DNA of 64,000 nucleotides from Haplodiscus bocki. Its lineage: Eukaryota. Positions 51,601 through 63,600 of the stretch are shown piece by piece (the first letter of the stretch is position 1; every line of letters begins with the position of its first letter). The notes beneath the pieces were generated by a model, which saw nothing but the letters and a program-made list of their open reading frames with translations, was not told the DNA's origin and searched no databases. The translations under genes were made by a program, and so were the position numbers. The stretch lies in contig OZ296653.1 of NCBI GenBank assembly GCA_965655095.1, forward strand, positions 96,100,001 through 96,164,000, in the 5' to 3' direction.

Positions 51601-54600
51601 ATTCGAAAACTATTGATTTGTTTCGTTCCCGTGCATCGGAATCCTAGTCGTCCGAAAATTTTCAGAAAAATTATTGTTTTTGAAACTCGTATTTCTCACT
51701 ACCTGCAAGCTAGATTTTTTCGAAGGTCTCAATCTACAGGTTCTCCTGTAATTGAATTTTTTGGGTGTAAAAGTTTATCTCCCTGCGTTGTATCTTTGAT
51801 AGCTCGGGAACGCTGAAAAGAATACTTTTTGTTTTGGTGTTTTTTCCTTGCTCAAACTCATATTTCTCCCTAACTGCTGCCGTCCTTTGCTCCACCAAGG
51901 TTGCAATCGAAAACCTTCTACCTTTTGGCGGGTGTTTGATTTTTTTAAAACAAAAACTGTCGAATTTGTTCTTTGCGATAGAATCTTGATAGTCAAAAAT
52001 GCCAAAAGAGGTTTTCATATCGACTCATCACGATTTTCAAACGGGTGTTCCTCGATGAAAATTGACTTGATTTCTTCCCTCATTGTCTCAATTTGAAACC
52101 TATCTTCGGTGGAATATTCAATTTGAAACAGTTTGTCTGTCATGCAGTGATATCCTGTTGGACGAGGGCTACCAGAAAGTGCCTTTGGCCTCAACATACC
52201 TCAATGTTTAAAGTCATATTTCGTCAGCTCTGTCTGCTTACTTTTTCCATCAAGATGTTTCTCTATAGGCTTTTTCTTAAAATCGAAATCATTTTACTTG
52301 AGGAGGCCTTTTCCTTCTTGAAAAGTATGAACGTTTCTCCTCGATAGGAATCGGAATCCTGTTATGAAAAAATTGGCGAAAATGATTTTGATTTTCCAAC
52401 TCACCCTTCTCGAATACTAAAGCTTTAAATCTTGGCTTAATTGTCTGGTTGGACACTGTTAGAATGTTAGGTGACGCTCAGATTGAATGGTCTCCGATTA
52501 TGTTTCTTGGACGGGAATCGTGATTGGCCGAAGATGCAAAAAAGTGTAGTGTAATTAATAATATTTTGTTGGTTTTCAAACTCCTAATCCTCCAAAGCTA
52601 CTGGCTTGAATTTGTCCGTCATGATCTCCATCGAGAACTTTTTTTGTCAAATGGGTTTTTCTGTGAAAGTGATTTTATGTATTTTCGATCAATCACTTCA
52701 TTTCTGCTCCTCTTTGGTGGAAAGTATAGCAGTGCAACTGCACCTCTTCTTACAAGTAGCGACGACCCTTGTCATACGTTTTGCTCAACAATTCAAAAAT
52801 TTTCTTCCTGATGACTTCGGATATGGAATATCGAAGTAACCGGTTCCTTCCTCATCAGTAATTTTCGTTTCTTCTGTTGAGAGTCAACATTTTTCGAATA
52901 TCGTCATTCATTGACTTTTATAATTTACGTAATTTTTTTAGTTGATTTTATTCGATATGTCTCATAACTTTCGATTCCCCAAGCTAATGTACGACGCAGT
53001 GGGACTTTTTTGCTCAATTTGCCAAATTCATATTTTTTCTCCGCGAATTGGTGTGATAATTTCAATTGTTTTTTACTGCTCTATATTTTTAGCGCTTAAT
53101 GACGAGGAGTATCTTCTATATTTTGGAAATTACAGGTCTTCATTTAACGCGAAATTTGTTTTCCTGTTGCCTGGTCTTCAAACTTTCGTATATGTTAATG
53201 CATAGCCTCCTTGGTGCCTATGTTTAGACTGAGCTGTCAAATAAAGTCTTTTAGGTATCCAGAAAGCGTGAGGATAGCGATTCTGCAATTGGCATGTTTG
53301 TTCGTTCAGTATTGCGCCCCACATATACACGATGCGGTCTCCAAACGCCAGCAAGGTCAGAAAATGAGAAAGCTGATGGGCTTTGCGTGGCCGTGTTTGC
53401 TGCCCAAGGCATGTGTGGATCCATCTACGAAGTATCACGGACATCTGTTGCTCGTGCATATAATCGCTAAGTTTCCGATCAACAAGAAAATTGTGCTGCA
53501 AGTAAGTTTTCTCAATATGGATATGCAATTTCAATTTCTCCTTGCAGTTCTGACCTTTTGCAGGATAGGCAGCTTTATGACGTCATGGAATTGTGACGTA
53601 GAAGCTCTTTTGCCTGAGCTTTTTTAACGAATTTATTTCTGGCTTTACCTTGACTGCTAAAACTAGCAAATGCCATATGCCCAAGGGCAGACAGTAAACT
53701 TAATCGGTAGCGAAAAATTCTGGCTGGCGATTCCTTTTGTGGAACTCAGTGGATGAATGCGCAAAAGCAATACACAACTCTCAATTTAGCTACAATTTGG
53801 CTCTCAAACGTTATAAAAGGTAGTCTGGTCTGGAAATGATTTTGCTCTAATGAAGTTGAACTTCCGCTAGAGCTAAAACTGAGTTTTGTTCGCCTGATGT
53901 TGAACTTATGTTCCTCTGGATTTGATGGTGATTTAAATGACATCCCCGAACTTGGCTTCCCCAATGATGAGCCAAAGATGTAGTCCGTTGTGGAGATTGG
54001 GCGTCTACCCCACCAAGTTGTAGGCACTGCATAGTATTGTCCTCCATATTGAAGGAAAAGTAACCCGTGTTCTAACAGATGAGTTATTGGGACGTTCCAA
54101 GCATTGCCATTACTGTTTAAATCGAAGAAGGGCTCGATCTGGAATCAGTCGACGTCACTTTTAATTATTCTCCTAGTCTTAAAAGTACTCATTTGATGCA
54201 TGAGTGATGTTCACCCTCTTTTTTTGTGGCTTAATTCATTTGAATCTGGATGCATTAAAAGTTCATTTCACAGAGCCTTAGTATTGTGTAACTTTTAATG
54301 TAAAATTGTACTTTCAAGAGATGAAAAAATAAAATTAGACAAAAAATAAAACGGCGTTTTCGAAAGACCTCCGGAAAAGTGTAAACAATAATTTCCCTAG
54401 TATCAAAATGAATTCGAGGCGTTGAAAAACGAATCGCTCTGAAACTGTACTCTGATGGGGTTATCGTTAAAGTTTTGGGGCGTCATAATTTTCCCATTTT
54501 TTGCGATATACATACGGACAGTCTTGAAAGTTATATAAAGCTTTTCCAGGTCGAACCTGACTTCCTTGTTTTGCCATTCAGTATCAGTGGTTATTGTGAA

Positions 54601-57600
54601 AAAGCTATCCCAAAAAAATAAATCAATGAATATTTCGCAAAATGAAAAATGATGCGTTGTCCAACTTTGGTTTTTCCCCACAATGGATTTTTACCTCGTT
54701 TCGGACTTCTTCAATATTATGCCATCGAAAATATAATCTGAAAGTGAAGAAGGAAATATGTGGGCAGATAGAATTGTCGCACTTTGATGCTATTTATCTG
54801 TTTGTTGAAGCATGGTCTAATTTGCTGGTAATGGTTCAGAGTCAGAGAGTTTGAGTTATTTGATCGAATTTTTTTTTGTCATAAAGTAATTAGAGAAACC
54901 TTCGGAAGCAGAATTGTTTCGGACGTGGTTTCAAAAATTCAAAGACCATTTCGCAGAAGGGCCGTTTCAAGGCAATATCAGTTTTCTGAACGAAGAAGAC
55001 GTGTCAGTGAGACAACGGAAAGGACCGTAAAACAAGGCAGAATCTTAAATACCGTCTCGGCAAGTGGTATAGAGCTCGAAATTGTGCGTGGAGAAATAGG
55101 CGAGCCCCGTTTTTTGATATTTCAGTCTGGGCATTCCTGGAGCTAGTGTTTGAACACCAGAGCTTGAACTTTGTGTTGTGGTGTTGATTTGTTGTATTTT
55201 AGCAATGTCTGGAGGATAATTTAACGTGTCCGTGTGCTTGTTTTTCATTTCAGCAATGCACCAGCAATTAATAATAGCCACCAGAGTCAGGTTGCCCCCA
55301 GTTTTTATAGGAAGGCGTTTACGTTTGAATTTGTAAGCTTCGCCTAAGCGTTGGATCATGGGAATCCACAATGTAACCTTCCCTCTGCTCCCAGAAACCG
55401 ACACGGAAACCATGGGATCGAAATAACAGGCAGTCAGAGGCATATGGAAATTTCTGTGGCTCCGCACTTTGTTCTCCTGCTGTCCCACTTCGACTTTGTG
55501 TCATCGGAACCTGTCAAAGGTTGCCGTTACATGATAAATTGAACTAATTGGTTGTGAATCTTCCAGAAACCTTTCATCGGTATTTTTATTAGATGAGCTG
55601 ATTTATGAAAGTGTTTTGCGTAAAAGCATTCACGTAAAAGTTGGTGAAGTTTTTGTTTACCACAGGGCATTCGTCTTGAGTGAACATAGTCAGGAATTCT
55701 ATAGTATCTTGGGAAAGCACCGCTACGTGTGGGCTCAATTTTGAAAAATTTTTGAGAAAAAATTGTGAAAAGGGATAAAAGAATTGTGAAAGGGATTAAA
55801 TCCCCATTTACTAAAGGATAAAGTAAGGTCACACTTTTTCCTGACATCTTTTTCCTTTTTTTTACAAAAATTGCAGCAAATATTCAATTTTTTTTGAGAA
55901 TTCACCAGGTGTTTCTTAATGTCAGTGATACAACCGTTTGTATCAAGTGAGTTAGCACATTTTCCAATTTAATCTCATTGCCTAAGGGTGCTGTTTAGCC
56001 CTGTTTGAATCTTTTCGTCTACTCGCTGGGTTAGTATTGGAACTTCTTGGCTTTGCCTCACTTGGAACCAAATTGGGGGAGTGAAAGTTCCAACTTCTAT
56101 TGCGGCTGTTTGCCGAGCATTAGATATCAATGATGTCAGCTGGAGCAAGTGCCTGTTTTCTATTTTATGTAGACTGTCTAGTGGCTTTCCTGACTTTGTC
56201 CTTTGGTGTGGAGTTAGGGTACATAATAAAACTCATATGTCAAACAGGCAAACTGAGTGTTCATTATTGTTTTGTGAGCAACAAAACGAAGTTGCATTTC
56301 TAGTTGAAAGTGCACTACAGAAATTATGTGAAGACTCGAGAGAGTTGAGTGAAATTTGGGTTGTGTGAAAATGTGAGCGACTGATTTCAGGAGTTTCCGT
56401 AAATTCAGTCCCTCAGATTCATATTCCCATTGCTTTTGCACCCTGTCGGCGTACGTCAACAAGTAATCAAAATGACATAGGGAAGTGTTTTTGGGAACGA
56501 TTTTTAGTGTCGCCGTGAGTCGTCATATGATGGCAGTATTTGTAACTAATAATAATGGGAGGCCATAGCAATGAGCTCAAAAAGGCGTTTTTTGATTGGA
56601 CAAATTTAAGCTCATGCAAAAATGGTCATAAGAGATAGTCAAGCTTCTTTTTGGAAAAAAGGTTCAATTTTAGTGTCTAATAAAAATTATAGACATAATC
56701 AATACAATACATGATATATTCATCTAAACTATGAAGATGGTCTTGGCAGACCTCAAAAGCAAATAGGCAAGACTTGATCAATATGCATGTTTGCAGACAT
56801 TTTACAGCGATTTTACACTCTACACAGGGCCGAACGCTGTTTGTGGTAACTGTTGTCAGTTGTTTGAAGAATGGAGGGGGAGCGTGCCGCAAATGGTTGC
56901 TTGCAACAGGGGTCTTTCAAAATCCCAATTACTCTTGAAAGATAAAATCAGAATAGGGTTACTCAACTAAGCAGACTGTTCATGAGCATTTTGAACTACA
57001 TTCTAATGTTGGCTAGTCTCTGTTCATGTGCTCTCGCTTTCCTGCAAAAAAATTGTTCACCTGGGGTATTTTCCAGCCTGCACGCTAGTTAATTAAATAG
57101 AAAGCGAATTAACTCTTCTAGTTGTTCGCACTTGTTAAATTTACACGTATGAAATTGAGTTAATTAACTTTCTGTTTAATTGGTGATTCAGTAGTTTTTG
57201 TAATACTGTGGACCCTTCAGAATCAGCTATACTTGTTCGATTTGTTCACTAGTGTTTCGTTGTCGCAAATGTTGCGAAGCCCAGCTTCGCCTGTGTGTAT
57301 AAAAATGTGATTATTTTTCAAATTATATATGTACGTTTTCATAGTTTCTTTTCAATTAGTGATTGCTATTCAAAGAGTTTTTATGGCTGACAAAAGTTTT
57401 TCTAATTCAAATTCTATCGGATGGAATTAAGCATCTCTAATCCTGAACAGTTTTAGAATGCATGATTCAGGTTGATCTCAGTTGTAAGATTGGTAGGCAT
57501 TGTTGATTTCAATTGTTCTTCTGCTTGCCCAGAACTTCTTTGGAGTGGAATCACATTCGAGTGTATCGCTCTCCGTAAATGATCAAAGTTGGAGCTCTGA

Positions 57601-60600
57601 TCTTGCATTTGCGTTGGAAACTCCAAACCAGGAGTTCTGAGAATGCTCAAAGCACGATGCCCAAGGCATTGTCAGTAACAGGTGGGACCGTGGAGAGGTA
57701 TATGTGTTGTTTTTTTTAAAACAACAATTGAGATTCTTGTTTGAAAGGATTACCCGATGTTTTCAATGTTGTTGTGTAATAAATGCTGTTTATAGGTGTT
57801 CTATAGTCTCCTAAAAGCACACGGCCAAGAAACACGTTCCGTAATCCGTGAATCTCTGGACCTTTTAACCCCTTCTTTGGCTATCAGAATGGAGGACGGT
57901 GACGCAATGCTGGCCCACTGGACCAAAAAGATCATGATCGAAGAAGGTCACGCATTGCCCCAGATGTTGCATATTGTGTGGCTTATTGTCAAACAGCAAG
58001 AGATCTTCTATAGAGTTCGGGGTTCTCTGAGTAACATGATGTTGAACTGTATGAACAGACTTGTTTTCAGCAGCTCCGTATCGTTGGAGAATAAAAGACA
58101 AGCTATTGATGTTGCAGAGGTCTTCATTCAGTGGCAGGTATGATTGAGGGGCTGTATTCGAAAGAAGCTTCGAGTATTGCGTATTTTACACAACATACAT
58201 GTTCATTTCTGCGTTGCTTTTGTGCAAATTTTTCAAACTTTGGACAGCAAAATTGGCGTAACCTGAAAAGACATGATTGACTCATCAAGTTTTCGAGTTT
58301 TGTGACCCTGTGACAGGTACTTGTCTCAATTTGCTTTTTTCGAACAAGCTCTTGGTTGACAGCTGGTGTAGTCTTTCCAACCAAAAGTGTTAATCACATC
58401 TTCGATCATGATTTTGTTTTTCGGGACTTTTTATCTCAACTGATAAGTCAGAATGTGTTGCGAATTTCGACTCCGCCTCTGTGTTAATATTATTTACAGC
58501 AAACTCTTTTTACAGGAAACTTCTAACAGGGAAGAAAATACCACAGCCTCATCTGCAGAACCGAAGGACCTCTCAATGGAAGACCCGGAAGACCAGACCG
58601 GGCTGGACTCCGAGAAGCAAAGAACGGCGGAAACTGTCATCAACTTCCTAATGAGAATCGCGGCTTCAATCCACGACGCGTCTAACGCAAATAACCCACA
58701 GTGTGATTCGTATGTCAGTAGATGCATCTCTTTGCTGGAGTCAGCCTTCTCTACAAAAGTTTGGGGAAATCTGAAGGTGGATGTGCGCTTGTTTTGGATG
58801 GATAAATTGCTCCTAAGTGCCGAGCAGTCTAATACAAACATGCTGAATCTAATCAGCTGTGTGCAACTTCTGCAGTTCTGCTTGAAAACATTGGTTAGTG
58901 TAGAATCAACTCTTGGCGTTGGAATAGATTTCCCGTCTTTGAAGAAAAACTTGGAATTAGATATCATTGTCGTCAAGAAAGTTTCAATTTCGAAAGAATT
59001 TGTGAACTCTCGTTGTAAAAAAAATCATGCGTAGCTCATCTTATTGGCTGCCCTTGTTTTGAGATTTTATCATGACCTAATACGGAAATTCTTCCCGAAA
59101 GAAATATATGTATATTCCAAATCACCGTGCAACTGTATGAACTATGTCAAATTGAAGTTCTGTTCAAGTGGTACATACAAGATACTATTAATGACTTTCG
59201 TAATAACAGAGTAATTTCAATCTATATTTTTAATCGGCCTTCTTAAAACTGTTACTGTTACACTACATGGCTCAACTTTTACAGTGACTTTTATCGTTAG
59301 ACGCTTGAGCTCCCTTGGAATCGATTCTATTCTCGGAAAATCTTTTCGGAGCGCTTCTTAGCTTCTTTGGGGAGGCCAAATTTTGCAATACACCAAAGTG
59401 TCCCCCTCAGATGTTTTCAGAACTGTGAAACAGACGAATTGATACCCCTTTGGCACATATTGAAAACTTTCCAAATGGCAAGCTGCAAAAATTTTCGGGA
59501 CCCCCTCTCCAGATATCGCAAATACCCAAAAATTTTCAGAAACGAGAATATCACGTAATTTCGAAATACACTTTTGCATGTTCCCAAAGTATTGGTGAAA
59601 TAATTACAAAACATTTTGCGGATGACCCCTCTGCAACGTCGAAAACTCCGAAAGGCAAATAATTTTCTTCTACTTCTGGGTTTAGCAGGTATTGGGTACA
59701 GTTGCAAAATGTCTTTCGGAATAAGTAGGTGCTTAAAAAAATGACGAAAATAATGATAATAGTTCCTGAAAATCCCAAAACTTTTTGAATATAAAAGTTT
59801 CCGTCCTACAAATATTTTGCGCATACGAACGGCGCCAAATTGTGCTGTTCCCACTTTGCTAAAGTTGTAATAAGTATAAAATGTGATTTTTTTCAATTAT
59901 TATTTTAGAGCTGTGAAAAAGTAGTCGAAAGTGGAGTGGAGCTCTGCATGGTAATATTCATTTTCTACTTTTCAGCCTCTCCATATGACAATAACTAACC
60001 TCCGAAGTCTCAACAGAGGTCTGACAAGTTTCTTGCACTGCAAGAGTTCCCGACTCTACAAACCTTTCCACGACTTCCTCATGAAGTTGATCAAATTGGC
60101 ACCGCCCTCTAACAGCAGTTTACTTGCCGCGCCCATCAAGACTAGCAACGTCTCATCCTCAGCTGGTACACCTGGGGTACCAGGCCAATCATCACCAGGC
60201 GTGGGGTCCTCTTCTCAACAAGCTAATCAGCAGGTTGGCTTAATTTTTTTGTTCTATTTCTCAACAAAAATATCAAGGTATTCAACTCACAAACTCCTTC
60301 CATTAAAAAAGTTAATGCGTGATGTACCGTACTGATTTTAATTGAGGGATCTCCTTAGCAACAATTAAGCAAGTTTGGAAGCCAATTACTTCAAGCAGGA
60401 AAGTTTTACGAGAAAGCTGCAAGAGCAGAATTTTTTGAAATTTACTGAAGATTTTTTAAGTGTTTTTTTTTGCTTGGAAATCGGACCGCTCGTTGAAAAG
60501 TTGACTTTCTCGAAAAAATTATCTCCAAAATCTCACCACCTACAGAAGATTCAGAAAAATTTTCAGGTAAATTTATTTAGTTTTGAATCTCGCCCAAAAG

Positions 60601-63600
60601 ATTTGAATTTTACAATTTTTCGAAAAATAATTACTTGAAAAGTTTATAAACGTCTATAAAGAGAAGTGAAATCGCTATACCCTATTTACACTTGAGCAAG
60701 AAGGTATTATATCACAGGCTTCATTTTCTTCTATTCCTATCGTTCACAACCTGCATTTTTGCTCACAATCTGATATTCCCTAGATTTCGTTCATGCGCTC
60801 TCGCTTTCTTGCTCAACTGCACTTATTTTAAATATAAAGCGAATTAACGGCTATAGCCGTTCCTTGTTGCTACATTTGTTTATAAATAAATAAGAATTTA
60901 CTGAGTTAGTTGCATTTCTGTTTAATTATTTAATCAGGAGTTTTCGTACTACCGTGGTCCCTTCAAAAGTTATGAATCTGTTCACAAGTATTCCATTGGC
61001 GCAAGTGTTGGGAAGCGCAGCTTCGCCTCTGTGTCCATGCAAATCCCATTTTCAACGTCAAACAACCTTGAGCTTTCCAAAATAGAGTTTTTTTCTCCAA
61101 AAGAGGAATACCATGCTTTCTGGGATTTCATTGCGGATGTAATTAGTTGAAAAATTGAGAAGAATGTTATGGCTTAAATACTGAGAATATGGTTAAAAAA
61201 AGGTCCAAAAATGGCGTCTCAAAACTTTTTGTTTATTGGTCAGATTTTCATTGTGAAAACTACGTTCAGTTTTGGAGATTTTAAGCTTCGAAAATGCCGT
61301 TTTTTTCTGAGTGTAATTAAAATCAGCAGTGCATGTTATGGAAGCCAAATTTTTATACCGAAAAGTGTTTAAAAAATGCAAAGCTGCATGACAGCGCCAT
61401 TTTCGTAGAATTGTGAATAGAGATGTATTAATATCATTTTGTCCAATCTCAGCTTACCATGTTCTGTGGGGTTATTTAATTCATAGATGCTTAGTTTAAA
61501 TGGTCCGAAATTAGTATAAACATTAAAATGAGAATATTGATCGCGATTTCTTCTCTGTTGTATATTGGACTCCTTGTTCATTAGCATCTTTCCCATACAA
61601 ACAGGTTTCTGGAGAAACAATAGAAGTGGACTCAATGACTTCACCTTCGTTGTACAGTGAATTAGATCCGTTTTATGACTCAGTGTACAGATGCATTCTG
61701 GATGGGCTGCAGACTTACGAAAAGTGAGATGACGCAATTTTATTTTCCCTTTTGATGTCTGAGTGCATGTTATGGGTTGTTTTTATCTGGCATGCTGTTG
61801 GGCTTTTTTCGAGAATTGCTTTTGGCTTTTCCTGAAAAAATGAAAGTTGTAAGCTAACCTGTTCTTAATTTTTACATAAGAACGACAAAAGATACGAAGC
61901 GAAAGCATTTTGCATTTTTTTTGGAAAGTTTCAGTCGCAAGCGGTTATTCGGCGAGCGGCTACATGTCAGTTTGTACAAAGCAATTTTAACCCACCTAGT
62001 TGCGAGCAATGCCATTCAAACAGTCCACTCTTTCAGTATACAATTTAAAATCATTGCTATTCCGGTGTTGGATGAAGATATCCTATGTGCAAATCTATGT
62101 CAGAATCACATAGTATATTGAATAAAGCTATTCATTGTGTAATTGTTCTTATGAAAAGAACAAACAGAGAAGGTTAATCAAACCGGCGTTGCCTGTACGC
62201 TCGTAATTTGTAAGGAGCTTCAGGAAAATTTCCAAAAAAATTCCTCATATTTTTTTATTGATTTTTAGCTATTCGAAGTATAGTACCATTTATAGTTCTA
62301 ATTCCATGCTAATGTAGAAAACTTACGAAGATCCTAAAATGTCCATGTTAGCAAAATGGTGTCACAAAACTATTGGTATAATTTTCTCTCGGAAATTTTT
62401 GAATTGTGTAGAAGTTATCACGAAGATTTTTTTGTTGAATTAGAGTTTGAAATGAAATTGGGGAGAAATTGAGTCTCAAATTTTTGCTTCCTATTCATAT
62501 CATCTACCCAAAAGTAGTTCTACAAAACAGGGTAGAGTTTACGGCTACTGAAAAATATGGCTAGTGGAAAACGAATGACAAATGTTAAGAAAACTATATG
62601 AAAAAACTACAAAACTATGAAATCAGCCAAACTTTGAATTCTGTATATTTTTGATATCGAAGCCGGAGGCAAAAGATATTAAAGCGACTATGTCGACTTT
62701 TTTTCAGACCACTTAACTTTGTCTCGGACATTTTTTTCTCACTTAATGATTTCAATCTCAGTTGCAGTAGAGTAAGCTGTAAAAGCTCTGTACCTATTGA
62801 AAAGCGACTTTCAATCTCAAAATTGTAAGAATCTTCTCAAACCGCAAAAAACTGCTTGTTTTCAGTTTTTGAGTTTTTGCTATATTCGCTAGTCTAAAAT
62901 TAACCAAAAGTCGCTAGTTTTGCTCTTTTCACCTAAATTTTGTTTATTTCCTTCAAAAGATCAACCTTGTCTTGCAGAATTAGACGAATTAATACTAATG
63001 AATAGTTTCCGAGAACTTTCGTTTTGTTGCGGCAAAAATTGCAAAATTTCGTGTTTATATTGTAAGCAAAAAACCAACTTTGGTGATTTTTCAGAATTTT
63101 TTGTTCTCTTGCCTTGCAAATCACCCATTTCTTTACGCAGCCAAAAAAATTGAAATACAAAACGTTCTCTTTACATGAACGTTTGCAAGATTTTGATCGT
63201 TTCGTGAAAACGTACCGTTCTTAGGATTTCAAACTGAGCCTAAAAAAGCTATTATATGATTTTTCTTGAATGTTCGAACTGTAGCTATCCATATCAACTT
63301 TTTAGCTATCAACCCATACTAATACAATGAAGAATAACAAATCTAGATAAATACAGTAGAGTTGTCTGGAAATGATGTATCATTGGGGTGTTTTTGCTGG
63401 TTCAAAGTACAAGATAAATAGCTCAATTTCCAAATTTTCAGGAGTTATCGCTTTTTTGCATTGAGATTATGCTTTCCAATTACGAGTGCAATTAAACCGA
63501 CGGGAAAAATTATTTGGGAATTGCTCATCAAAAATGAGTCATATCGCACGAAAATGGTAATTTATTGTTTTCGAGTCGGCAAAGTGGCTTATTTTGCGAT

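Noticed and set aside
52805-52860. CTGATGA followed by a hairpin as a hammerhead ribozyme
   Set aside because: There is no GAAA after the hairpin and no stems I or III.
34222-58976. Antisense ORFs overlapping TRRAP exons (e.g. 34222-34476, 42378-42704, 53178-53534, 58494-58976)
   Set aside because: Explained as shadow ORFs of the coding strand.
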